Translations under genes and position numbers: made by a program
Source of the DNA: Candidatus Methanomethylophilaceae archaeon
Lineage (GTDB): Archaea > Thermoplasmatota > Thermoplasmata > Methanomassiliicoccales > Methanomethylophilaceae
NCBI GenBank assembly: GCA_017507885.1
Contig: JAFVZY010000024.1
Span: forward strand, 2,784-66,783
Reading direction: 5' to 3'
DNA: 64,000 nt
In this document: in pieces, positions 51,038 to 60,591 of the stretch
Numbering within the stretch: the stretch's first letter is position 1
Layout of the letters: the number at the start of each line of letters is the position of its first letter
Notes under the pieces: model-generated
Database searches by the model: none
The model's input: only the letters and a program-made list of their open reading frames with translations
Told to the model about the DNA's origin: nothing

Positions 51038-52040
51038 ACTTCCATGATGTTACGCCCGAAGGCTCGAACATGAAGTCGGTGATCTTCGCACCCTGTTTCT
51101 GCAACGCCTTCGCAACCTCGTATTTGCGGTTGTAGTCGCATATGAAGAACATGAATCCCCCGCCTCCGGCACCGGAGACCTTTCCTCCGAGTGCCCCTGC
51201 GGACTTGGCGGTATCGTACAGGGAGTCTATGTGGGGGTTGGAAACATTGTTGGCGAACGACTTCTTGTATGACCAGGAGGTGTCTAGGAGTTTTCCCGCT
51301 TCGACGAGATCCCCTTCCTGGACGGCACGGGAGATGTCCAGGGCGAGGTCCTTGGATCTGTCCAACGCCTCCTCGTTGCTGTTTGAATTGTAATTCTCGA
51401 CCTGTTTCTCGATGATCCTGGCGGATTCACGGGTGACACCGGTGTATGAGAGAAGGGTGCAGCACTGCAACTCGTTGATGACGTCGTCGGGGATATCCAT
51501 CTTCTGGACATCGACACCGTCCCTTCCGAATCTCATCAGATTGAATCCTCCGAAGACCGCGGCATACTGGTCCTGTTTGCCGCCTTTGAGTCCCAGCTCC
51601 TCCCTTTCCAGACGGTACGCCAGGTTGGCCATCTCGTAGCCGGACATCTCTATGCCCTGCCACTCGCAGATGGCGGATATGATGGAGACGATCACAGTGG
51701 ATGACCCCCCGAGTCCCGAACCGGGAGGGGCTTCGGACTGAAGGAACATGCGGAAACCGTCGGTTATTCCGAAATGATTGGTGACGACCTTGATCAGATC
51801 CATGTTGCCATCCAACGGGAGTGGGCCTCCGTCGAGATACGCCTCATACTTCCCGTAATCCGTGGAATGGATGGACATGTTATGATCGTCCGTGGGAGTG
51901 ATGGTGCAATAGGCGTACCTGTTTATGGTGGTGTTGAAGACTATACCGCCCTTGTTGGAAGCGTACGGATCGACATCGGTACCCCCTCCAGCCAAACCTA
52001 TCCTCAAAGGGGCTCTCGCCCTATAGTGAACTCCCCTCAT
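51024..52040 (-). CDS. hddA: D-glycero-alpha-D-manno-heptose-7-phosphate kinase (GHMP family)
   Basis: RAPLRIGLAGGGTDV, PPGSGLGGSS, GGKQDQYAA.FGGFN, GGKVSGAGGGGF. Confidence 0.88.
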   Translation of the reverse strand: MRGVHYRARAPLRIGLAGGGTDVDPYASNKGGIVFNTTINRYAYCTITPTDDHNMSIHSTDYGKYEAYLDGGPLPLDGNMDLIKVVTNHFGITDGFRMFLQSEAPPGSGLGGSSTVIVSIISAICEWQGIEMSGYEMANLAYRLEREELGLKGGKQDQYAAVFGGFNLMRFGRDGVDVQKMDIPDDVINELQCCTLLSYTGVTRESARIIEKQVENYNSNSNEEALDRSKDLALDISRAVQEGDLVEAGKLLDTSWSYKKSFANNVSNPHIDSLYDTAKSAGALGGKVSGAGGGGFMFFICDYNRKYEVAKALQKQGAKITDFMFEPSGVTSWKYAYD

Positions 52041-52196
52041 ACAATCCCTCCCTATCGACAACGGACCCTTTGTGAGTACATTGCGTGCGCGACCAACCAC
52101 AACTTACTACTATTTAATCGTTTGACGAAAACCACAACGGTCAGGATACATGGAATGAATTGTAATGGATGAATCATCCCATAATCCCATACGGCA

Positions 52197-53165
52197 TCAT
52201 ATCGTGTGCCTGCAACCATAGCTAGTGAAGACCCCGCCTGCGAACACGTAGACCTCGGAGGAACCGGCATAAGGCAGAACACCCCTGATGTCGCCCCTGG
52301 ATTCGAACGAATCGTGGAACACCATCACGGTGGAATGGGTGACACCCGATGCTATCAGCTGTGCCATATCGTCACGAAGATCGTCACCATACATTCCACC
52401 CACTACCCCGACCATCCCATTGAGGAAAGGCGCGACGGCAACGGACGAATACCCATCCTCCGTGGTGAATCCCAATGAAAGGCAACCCTCGACGGACGTG
52501 TTCAGACCGTATGCCGCATCGGAACCGCTCATGCACAACGCATCCCCCAGACCTTCGTCGGGAATGACGGCATCCACACGACCATCCGAATCGAGGGTGG
52601 AACCCGCACCAAGGAACAAATCCTCGAAACCCTCCACCTCGGTTACGGAGCCGTCGGGATGCGCTATGTATCTGCCGATCTGCTCGCCGACCCAATACAC
52701 GACACCGCCCTGCCGGAACCATCCGAATATGGGGTCGTCCGATTCCCCCGCATACACGTCGGACGGGAACGCACCGGACAGGAACACCAGTGCATGGTCG
52801 GAGACACGGCCTGCGGACACGGCTTCGGCCAGGGCATCCGCATCCACGACCACGGAATCCACATTGCGGACATCCAGTTCCAGACGCAGATGCTCCGCGG
52901 CGGAGGTCGCATCCGTCACGGACAGGGACGCGTAATCGGGATCCGCGAATATCAGGGCCGATGCCGGAACATCGAAATCGGATGTGTATTGCACCACCGA
53001 AAACACGGTGGCACCGGTGGAGGAGACCTGATAATACGGATTGCCTCCGTCATCCACACCCGCATCCGAATCGAAATCGTATACGTCCACGGTGGAAACG
53101 AGCACCTCTCCGACCACCATCACCGCAAGAACGGCGATGAAAAGGATTCTGACGCCGTCACGCAT
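52197..53165 (-). CDS. Membrane-anchored extracellular hypothetical protein
   Basis: N-terminal TM helix; alpha/beta body (LVFLSGAFP, WFRQGGVVYWVG); overlaps the upstream GT-C gene by 8 bp. Confidence 0.8.
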   Translation of the reverse strand: MRDGVRILFIAVLAVMVVGEVLVSTVDVYDFDSDAGVDDGGNPYYQVSSTGATVFSVVQYTSDFDVPASALIFADPDYASLSVTDATSAAEHLRLELDVRNVDSVVVDADALAEAVSAGRVSDHALVFLSGAFPSDVYAGESDDPIFGWFRQGGVVYWVGEQIGRYIAHPDGSVTEVEGFEDLFLGAGSTLDSDGRVDAVIPDEGLGDALCMSGSDAAYGLNTSVEGCLSLGFTTEDGYSSVAVAPFLNGMVGVVGGMYGDDLRDDMAQLIASGVTHSTVMVFHDSFESRGDIRGVLPYAGSSEVYVFAGGVFTSYGCRHTI

Positions 53166-54516
53166 GGGAAGCCCTCCGGGACTCGTATTCATCCTTGAAG
53201 AAAATGAACAGTATCAGATAGATGGCGATGGTCAGGAAGAATCCCGCCAGTATGCTCAACGCCATGAAATTGGAGAACTCCATGAAGAACATGTCATTGA
53301 ACCACTCCGCGACGGAGATGATGTATTCCGAAGAGACCAATCCATAGTACACGTCCAGCTGGAGCAGCGTCGAGACGTTCAGGATGACGAGTTCATACAC
53401 GGTCGCCGAGACGATCAGGAACATCAACGGGCGCAGATACCGCCTCTCGTACACCACCGCGAGAACCATCAGGAACGGCAGGGGTACCAGAAGATACACG
53501 GGAGTGGGGGTCCAGAGGAACACCGCGAGGGTGGAGAGCGCCATGAGTTTCAGGAAACGACCGTCACGGTCGCACCCGTCGTATTTCGCCATCCTGTATG
53601 CCAGATAGAATTGTATCGCGAACACCAGGGGTTGCAACAGCATGACCACGGTGTATCCGCTGGATGACAGCGTGTCGACGAAACTATCGGCGGCATCGGA
53701 GACCGAACCTATGCGGTTGGTCAGGAATCCGAACGCGACATCGACGTTTCCTTGGATGATGTCCGGAAGAAGGATCAAACCCAACATGACGAACGCTCCG
53801 ATGACGGCCTGCGACAGACTCCTGATGAATGCGGTGCGGTCACGGTTATAGAGATAGGCCACCAGCAGGAATATGGCATAGGCCGGGAAGAACTTGGTCA
53901 TGACGGCGATGCAGAATGCCCCTCCGGCCATGTAATTCCTGCCATCCATCACCAGATACACGGCCAACAGCAGCAACAGTGCCGAAACGGAATCGAACAT
54001 GATCTTGACACTGGACGACAGGATCGTCAAAGGACATAGGAACCATAACGCGAACACGATGACCGCATACCTCTCGTTCCCCGTCCTGGTCATGACGATC
54101 CTATACAGAACATAGGATACCGCCAGATCCACGAGCATCAAAGCCATCTTTATGGACATGGCGAATTCGACGGAGACGACGATGTCCGTGTAATTCCCTG
54201 CGGCCATGCCTTCCAGAACCACCAGGGAATCCGCCTGGACCCCTATCGAAGCCACTCCGAATACCAGATGGGCGACGGCATAGATGAACGACAGGAAATA
54301 GCCCCATACGGGTGTGTAATACATGCCGGGAAGCTCGTACAATCCCGCCCCGGACTGAAGATTCTCGTCTATCAGACCCCAATACTCCGAATCGAAGCTG
54401 AATGTGAAGAAACATCCCAGGACCAATCTGACGAACGCCCCGAGGACCACCGTCCACATTATGGGGTGACGCCAGAACGCATCGGATATGCGCCCCATCG
54501 ACCGCTTCGACTCCAT
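53158..54516 (-). CDS. Multi-TM GT-C fold glycosyltransferase (GT87/PIG-M-like)
   Basis: D in the first loop (FDSEYW), YYTPVWGY, WFLCPL, MFDSV, MTKFFP; about 11 TM segments. Confidence 0.8.
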   Translation of the reverse strand: MESKRSMGRISDAFWRHPIMWTVVLGAFVRLVLGCFFTFSFDSEYWGLIDENLQSGAGLYELPGMYYTPVWGYFLSFIYAVAHLVFGVASIGVQADSLVVLEGMAAGNYTDIVVSVEFAMSIKMALMLVDLAVSYVLYRIVMTRTGNERYAVIVFALWFLCPLTILSSSVKIMFDSVSALLLLLAVYLVMDGRNYMAGGAFCIAVMTKFFPAYAIFLLVAYLYNRDRTAFIRSLSQAVIGAFVMLGLILLPDIIQGNVDVAFGFLTNRIGSVSDAADSFVDTLSSSGYTVVMLLQPLVFAIQFYLAYRMAKYDGCDRDGRFLKLMALSTLAVFLWTPTPVYLLVPLPFLMVLAVVYERRYLRPLMFLIVSATVYELVILNVSTLLQLDVYYGLVSSEYIISVAEWFNDMFFMEFSNFMALSILAGFFLTIAIYLILFIFFKDEYESRRASHA

Positions 54517-54622
54517 GATTCCATATCCCACGTTTCCATAGATATAGTTGGGGATGAAAGGACAGAATCGGACGAGATCGTCGCCAGTGGGTATTATGTA
54601 AGGCATCGCCATCCCCAAGCGA

Positions 54623-55507
54623 ATGACGCTTGAAGTCACGGTCGGAATCTGCGCCTACAACGAGGAAAAGATCATCGGACAATCCATAGAATCCATCTTC
54701 AAACAGAAATTGGAAGGGATCTCGGTCAAGGAGATCATAGTTGTATCCAGCGGAAGCACCGACGGTACCGACGACATCGTCCGTTCCTATCAGGCCGAAC
54801 ACCCCGAACTCGTCCTCATAAGGCAGGAAAAAAGGGAGGGGAAGAACTCCGCCATAAACTGCTATCTCGATGCCAAAAGCTGCGACGTGGTCGTAATGCT
54901 CAACGCGGACAACGTCATGGCCAACGAGGACACCCTCCAACACCTGGTCGAACCCTTCTTCAACGAAAAGATGGGGATGGTCGGGGGACACCCCGTGCCC
55001 ACCAACGACAGAACGGACAAGGTGGGATTCGCCACGCACACCCTCTGGAGCATGCATCACAACGTCGCCCTGATCCATCCCAAAATCGGTGAATTGGTTG
55101 CATTCCGCGACATAGGCACCCGCTTGACGGTGGACCAGCAATCCGACGAGGACCTGATCAGGATGAATCTGGAGAAGGAGGGGTTCGAATGCGCCTACGC
55201 ACCGGAGGCCATCGTCCTGAACAGGGGTCCTGAAACGGAGGAGGATTTCCTCAAACAGAGGATACGCGTCAACATCGGGGAGTGCGTCATGAAACAGAAG
55301 CACAACTACTCCATACCCTCATGGGACAAGAAGATCCTCATGAAGGCCGCCGTAGGCACCGTCCGTGACATGGGATTCCATCCGTTCAAGCTTCTGTATG
55401 CCATGAGGTTGGAGATGAAATCCCGTAGGATAGCACAGCGTCACGTGGCCGACGGGAAACACGACATGAACATCTGGGACCCCGTGGCCAGTACCAAGAA
55501 ACTCTGA
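54623..55507 (+). CDS. GT2 glycosyltransferase
   Basis: GICAYNEE, SGSTDGT, GKNSAIN, NAD, QRIR. Confidence 0.9.
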   Translation: MTLEVTVGICAYNEEKIIGQSIESIFKQKLEGISVKEIIVVSSGSTDGTDDIVRSYQAEHPELVLIRQEKREGKNSAINCYLDAKSCDVVVMLNADNVMANEDTLQHLVEPFFNEKMGMVGGHPVPTNDRTDKVGFATHTLWSMHHNVALIHPKIGELVAFRDIGTRLTVDQQSDEDLIRMNLEKEGFECAYAPEAIVLNRGPETEEDFLKQRIRVNIGECVMKQKHNYSIPSWDKKILMKAAVGTVRDMGFHPFKLLYAMRLEMKSRRIAQRHVADGKHDMNIWDPVASTKKL

Positions 55508-56500
55508 TCAGAGCCTGGCACCATCGTTCCTGACCTCTCCGGGGGACACCTTCTCGCCGTCGCCGAGAATCGAATTCTCCACCACGGCACCCTCCATGAC
55601 CTCGCATCCCTCTCCGAGAATGCTGTCACGTACGACGGCACCCATTATCCTGCAACCCCTCATGACCAGGACGTGTTCGAGGTCCGAATCCGAAATCTCG
55701 CAATCCTCCAGAATCACGGAGCGTTCCAAGGCCGTATCCGTCACGGATGCATCGGGGGAGATGAACACATGATGACCCTCCGGATGCTCCCTGTCGACGA
55801 TGTCCAGATTCGCCGCCAGGAGTTCCAGTGGATGCCCCACATCCATGAACAGGCCCTGGACGGGACATGTGGACAGACCCCCTCCGTTACGGACGATCTC
55901 GGGGAACACGTCGCCCGAGAAATCGCAGAACTCCCCTCTGGGGATCATGGAGAGGACCTCGCGATCGACCACATACACGCCGGCATTGATCAGTTTCGAA
56001 TCCGTCTCCCCCGGACGGGGTTTCTCCTTGAATCCCGTTATCCGTCCATCGGAATCCGTCTCGACGACACCGTATTGCGAAGGGTCGTCGACCTCGGCAA
56101 CAGCAATCGTAACCTTGGCACCGTCCTCGAAATGCCTGTCGATCTGACGGGAGAAATCGGTGTACATGAACACGTCCCCGTTCGCAGCCAGAAACACGGG
56201 ATCCAGGAGGTGTTCGGCGTTCTTCAGGGCACCGCCCGTACCCAGGGGTTCGTCCTCATCCACATAAACGATCCTGATTCCGAGGTCCGACCCGTCACCC
56301 ATGGCATCCCTCATGCCCTGCGACTTGTAACCGCATGCAAGGATGACCTCCTCGACCCCCGCATCGGCGAAGGAACGGAGCAGATACCACAGGCACGGGT
56401 GTTCGACCACGGGCAGGGACGGTTTCGGCCTGTTCTCCGTCAGAGGGCGGAGACGGGTACCCTTCCCTCCCACCATGACGACGGCCTGCCTGATCCTCAT
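55508..56500 (-). CDS. Sugar-1-phosphate nucleotidyltransferase (GDP-mannose/GDP-heptose pyrophosphorylase-like) with hexapeptide tail
   Basis: GGKGTRLRPLT..RPKP, EPLGTGGA, NGDV, FKEKP, INAGVY. Confidence 0.9.
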   Translation of the reverse strand: MRIRQAVVMVGGKGTRLRPLTENRPKPSLPVVEHPCLWYLLRSFADAGVEEVILACGYKSQGMRDAMGDGSDLGIRIVYVDEDEPLGTGGALKNAEHLLDPVFLAANGDVFMYTDFSRQIDRHFEDGAKVTIAVAEVDDPSQYGVVETDSDGRITGFKEKPRPGETDSKLINAGVYVVDREVLSMIPRGEFCDFSGDVFPEIVRNGGGLSTCPVQGLFMDVGHPLELLAANLDIVDREHPEGHHVFISPDASVTDTALERSVILEDCEISDSDLEHVLVMRGCRIMGAVVRDSILGEGCEVMEGAVVENSILGDGEKVSPGEVRNDGARL

Positions 56501-57384
56501 TCGGAAACACCCCCGGGCATGACCACACGGACGACGTTGCTTCCCAACGGGACACCCATTGACGAGGAGACCACGTTGCATTTGGCGCGGAGCACATGGA
56601 CTATGGGTATCGGAAGCCCCACATGGGACGAGGCCTCGTAATTGGCCATCCCCTTGGCTATGATGAAATCCGCTGAATCCAGCGCCTCGGAGAGATCGTC
56701 GGGGATGTCGTTCCAGTCGACACCTATGTAGAACTTCCCCGTGGTGACGATGTCGTCGAGCTCGTCCGTCAATCCCTCGCGGACGGCGTCATCCATGGTG
56801 ACATCGTTGAGGATGGGTGCCCCACGGACCACGCCCGTGACCTTCAAACCCATGTCGCGGAGCATCCTGATGAGTATCACATCCAGTACGGACTCCCCGC
56901 AGTTGTCGAACATGTACAGAACGTGCCCGGACCCGTCGATGAGGGCCTTCAACTCGGAGATGTCGCTGCAATCGATGCCCTGCGCGAGAAGGTCGTCGAA
57001 GACCTCCCTGAAGCTCTGCGGGTCGTCGATGGCCTTGCCCATGCCGAAATCCATGATATTGCCGACGACGACCACCTCGAGGGCGGCCTGAAGAGGGTCA
57101 TCCGAGGAATCCACATGCTCCTGTGCCCTCCGAACGAACTCCGATGCGACCTCGTCCGCCTTCAGCTTCAAACCGAGATAGGGGTCGTCGGTCGACAGGA
57201 CGGAATATGCCGCGGAATGCATGGCTGTGGAGATCTCCACGGAATGCATGTCCCTGCGTATGTTGTCGGCACAGGCCTTCACCGCGGCGACAACGGATTC
57301 GTATTCGGCACCGGAACCGTCCAATCCCGCCTGGAACAGGACACGCTTCATCAGACACGGAATGCACTCTGCTTCTATCCTCAT
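56497..57384 (-). CDS. DUF89/ARMT1-like damage-control phosphatase
   Basis: ECIPC, DPY, GNIMDFG, DNCGE, ILNDVT, KGMANYE. Confidence 0.9.
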   Translation of the reverse strand: MRIEAECIPCLMKRVLFQAGLDGSGAEYESVVAAVKACADNIRRDMHSVEISTAMHSAAYSVLSTDDPYLGLKLKADEVASEFVRRAQEHVDSSDDPLQAALEVVVVGNIMDFGMGKAIDDPQSFREVFDDLLAQGIDCSDISELKALIDGSGHVLYMFDNCGESVLDVILIRMLRDMGLKVTGVVRGAPILNDVTMDDAVREGLTDELDDIVTTGKFYIGVDWNDIPDDLSEALDSADFIIAKGMANYEASSHVGLPIPIVHVLRAKCNVVSSSMGVPLGSNVVRVVMPGGVSE

Positions 57385-57510
57385 GGATTCACCTGTTGCA
57401 TCCTCATACGACGCAGTTTCATATGGATTTGCACAGGATGCGACACGCCCTTCTAATATACTTATCCCCGACACAGGTAATTAAATACATGAATGGGTAT
57501 CGCTCGCACC

Positions 57511-57678
57511 ATGGCAGCCGACAAAATTTGCTCTTCATGCGGAAAGAGACTCGTTGGTCACGGCAACACCTTCTTCAAGTGCCCCAAGTGCGGTGCATTC
57601 GAGATCGGAAGGTGCGACCAGTGCCGCGATCAGGGCGTCTCCTACGAGTGCAAGAAATGCGGATTCATGGGACCTTGA
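57511..57678 (+). CDS. Small zinc-ribbon protein (HVO_2753-like)
   Basis: Four CxxC motifs ending CGFMGP; conserved position before EF-1beta. Confidence 0.9.
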   Translation: MAADKICSSCGKRLVGHGNTFFKCPKCGAFEIGRCDQCRDQGVSYECKKCGFMGP

Positions 57679-57688
57679 GGTGAATTGA

Positions 57689-57958
57689 ATGGGACAGATT
57701 GTTGCAGGATACGACCTTATGCCCGAGAGCACCGACGTCGACCTCAACGGGGTCATCGCAAAACTCAGCGAAATTCTCCCCGAGGGAGTCAAAATCACCG
57801 AGACCAGCATCCAGCCCGTCGCCTTCGGACTCATGAAGGTCAACGCTGGATTCGTCATCGACGACTCCGATGAGGAAGCCGGTGGAAAGCTGGAGGCAGC
57901 TCTCCTTGGCATCGAGGGTATCGAGACCATCGAGTGCGTTGCATCCACCGTTCTCTGA
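57689..57958 (+). CDS. ef1b: Elongation factor 1-beta
   Basis: LMPES.DVDL, PVAFGL. Confidence 0.93.
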   Translation: MGQIVAGYDLMPESTDVDLNGVIAKLSEILPEGVKITETSIQPVAFGLMKVNAGFVIDDSDEEAGGKLEAALLGIEGIETIECVASTVL

Positions 57959-57967
57959 ATCAAAACC

Positions 57968-57993
57968 AAAAAGGGGTGTAACCCCTATTTTTT
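57968..57993 (+). terminator. Hairpin plus T-run after ef1b
   Basis: AGGGG-tgtaa-CCCCT followed by ATTTTTT. Confidence 0.55.
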
Positions 57994-58016
57994 CCCATCA
58001 TTACGAAGATGATTCC

Positions 58017-58772
58017 ATGAAGATAGACAAGGAGAGGCTCAGGAGCTGTCACAAGACGTCCGAATACGAGAACGCCTCCTCCAAATACATCTTCACGCCA
58101 CTGAGTTATGCATTGACGAACATACTCGTCAGGACCCCCGCCACCCCCAATCAGATCACCATATTCTGGGGATTGCTGATGATAGTGTCGTCGGCCCTGT
58201 TCTTCTTCGACAACTACTGGTTGAACATAGCGGGAGGAGTCGGATGGGTCATCGCCTATGCCTTGGACTATTGCGACGGGGACATCGCCAGATACAAGAA
58301 CCTGAAATCCAAGAGGGGGATGTATCAGGACCTGGTCAATCATCGTGTGACATACCCTCTTCTCATGTTCGGCATAGGATTCGGCCAGTATTTCGGAGGA
58401 AGGACGGAATTCCTCGGTATCGAGTTCGACCCTGCATTGTATCTGATTTTCGGATTCCTTGCAGGGATATCCATGGACATAATCATGGATTTGGGAGACG
58501 TCTACAACAGGAGCTATCCCGAAAAGGCCATAGACAGTGACGAGGGCAGTGCCGCGGTGGAAGGCGGAAACGTCGCCAACAAGAAACTCTTCAGATTCAT
58601 AATGAACATCAACCCCCTGACGTTCACGAACATGAAGATTCTCATCCCCGTATTCGCGATTCTGAATCTGATGGATGTGTTCATAATATTCTACGGAATC
58701 TTCTATCCCGTGGCCACGTTCTTCAGATACATCAACCTCTATCGTAGGATTCCAGGGGTTCAGAAATCCTGA
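58017..58772 (+). CDS. CDP-alcohol phosphotransferase family protein
   Basis: TPNQIT and DYCDGDIAR...SKRGMYQD signature. Confidence 0.9.
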   Translation: MKIDKERLRSCHKTSEYENASSKYIFTPLSYALTNILVRTPATPNQITIFWGLLMIVSSALFFFDNYWLNIAGGVGWVIAYALDYCDGDIARYKNLKSKRGMYQDLVNHRVTYPLLMFGIGFGQYFGGRTEFLGIEFDPALYLIFGFLAGISMDIIMDLGDVYNRSYPEKAIDSDEGSAAVEGGNVANKKLFRFIMNINPLTFTNMKILIPVFAILNLMDVFIIFYGIFYPVATFFRYINLYRRIPGVQKS

Positions 58773-58818
58773 TGTGACACTGTCCAGCATATCGACATTC
58801 GTCACCTTTTTATAAACA

Positions 58819-59547
58819 GTGAATTTCAGAAGCAAGGTGAATATCGCAATTATCCTCGCAGGAGGGGTGGGTCAAAGGATTGGAGCCGACATTCCGAAAC
58901 AATTTCTGGATGTCCATGGAACGCCCATCATTGTGTACACCATCTCCGCATTCCAGAACCATCCTGAAATCGACAAGATTGCCGTAGTCTGCGTAAAAGG
59001 TTGGGAGGATGAAGTGGAAGGCTACAGGGAAAAGTACGGTTTGACCAAACTGTGTCGCATCATACGGGGCGGCGATACCAGCATGGAATCCATAGCCAAA
59101 GGGGTGTTTGGTGTGAAAGACCTGTGCGAAGGGGAGAATGACGTGCTGATTATTCACGACTCCGTAAGGCCTTTGATTGACGCCGAGACGATTTCGGACT
59201 GCATAGCCGTATGTGAAAGACACGGCAACGGTTGCGCATCGCTTCCACTCCAAGAAACCATCGTTCGCACGAAGGATCGCATCTCGGGAAATGTCAATAT
59301 TGATCGTTCGGAGATCATGAGGGTCCAGACCCCCCAGGCATACAGATACGATTTGATTTCGAAACTATATCAAAGGGCGATGGAGGAAGGAATAACGGAA
59401 TCGGTATACACCAACACGCTGTTGCTGGAATTGGGCGGGACCGTGTATTTCTCCAAGGGTTCCGCCATCAACTTCAAAATCACAACTATCGATGATCTCG
59501 AACTTCTCAGGGCGTTCCATGAACACCTGCCCAAGCCAAGGATGTAA
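58819..59547 (+). CDS. IspD/TarI-family cytidylyltransferase (alternative GTG start at 58837)
   Basis: LAGGVGQR, PKQFL, IHDSVRP, QTPQAY, FKITT.DD. Confidence 0.92.
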   Translation: MNFRSKVNIAIILAGGVGQRIGADIPKQFLDVHGTPIIVYTISAFQNHPEIDKIAVVCVKGWEDEVEGYREKYGLTKLCRIIRGGDTSMESIAKGVFGVKDLCEGENDVLIIHDSVRPLIDAETISDCIAVCERHGNGCASLPLQETIVRTKDRISGNVNIDRSEIMRVQTPQAYRYDLISKLYQRAMEEGITESVYTNTLLLELGGTVYFSKGSAINFKITTIDDLELLRAFHEHLPKPRM

Positions 59548-60556
59548 TTGTACGCTCAAGAGCAGACCTCATGTCGTATCTGGACTCCCAACCTAATGAT
59601 CTGATCAATCCGGTGTCCAACAAGGCTTTTGTGGCTGCCGAATAACCCCTCGCCTCCACATCCGAGGGCGTATCGAAACGCAATTCCGACCCGGATATCT
59701 CCGAAACGATTTCCGCCGCTTCGCGCAAAGTGACATCGCATCCACTTCCCGCGATGTTGTATGCCTTGCCGCGTTCCCCCTTGAAGAACACGGTCAACAT
59801 CCCAGAAACGGCATCGGCGGAATAGCAATACGAATACAGCTGATTACCGGCACTCTTCAAAACTATCGGTTGACCCCTGACCCCCGCAAAAATGAATTGG
59901 GACATGGCCTTGGTATCGTTCAGACGCATGGTGGGACCGAACAATCTGCTGAATCTGGGGATGACGAAATCGACCCCATACTGTGAACCGTATGCCTGAC
60001 ACAGGGCCTCACCCACCCTTTTCGACTCGTTGTATCCCGCACGCACGGTGTTGCAATCGATGTAACCGCAATACGATTCATCGAAAGCGTGCACATCGCC
60101 CCTGTTCTGACCATAAACCTCCACTGATGATGCGAATACAAACCTCCCATCTGAATCGCGAGACATCTCCAAAAGATTCCTGAGACCCATCACATTCGTG
60201 GATATGGTCCCAACAGGATCCGTCGAATACTGCACGGGATGGGTGTTGCTGGCCAGATGGAACACTATATCCAGATTCAAATCCGAAATCGAATTGACAT
60301 CACCCTCCATCAGACGCAGATTGGACCTGCCACCCCATGTCCGAAACCTTTCCTCCAATTCGATTCCGTTGCGGGACATCGCCACCACGTCAAAACCAAA
60401 TTCTGATGACAGACCAGATAGGACATCCACCAGGAGCGATCCCACCATTCCGGTAGCACCCGTGACCAGGACCTCACGGCCATTCAGCTCCTCCCATGGG
60501 AAATCGAGATTCGAGATGAAATCTACATCCTGCAAATGCACAGCGGACTGGATCAT
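59507..60556 (-). CDS. NAD-dependent epimerase/dehydratase/reductase (extended SDR)
   Basis: TGATGMVG, HLASNTHP, SSVEVYG, YNESKR. Confidence 0.92.
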   Translation of the reverse strand: MIQSAVHLQDVDFISNLDFPWEELNGREVLVTGATGMVGSLLVDVLSGLSSEFGFDVVAMSRNGIELEERFRTWGGRSNLRLMEGDVNSISDLNLDIVFHLASNTHPVQYSTDPVGTISTNVMGLRNLLEMSRDSDGRFVFASSVEVYGQNRGDVHAFDESYCGYIDCNTVRAGYNESKRVGEALCQAYGSQYGVDFVIPRFSRLFGPTMRLNDTKAMSQFIFAGVRGQPIVLKSAGNQLYSYCYSADAVSGMLTVFFKGERGKAYNIAGSGCDVTLREAAEIVSEISGSELRFDTPSDVEARGYSAATKALLDTGLIRSLGWESRYDMRSALERTITSLAWAGVHGTP

Positions 60557-60591
60557 ACCGGTGGAACAGACCATCCATATAAAAGGTCAAA

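Noticed and set aside
58819-59547. IspD as evidence for an MEP isoprenoid pathway
   Set aside because: No other MEP genes are present and the context is a glycan locus
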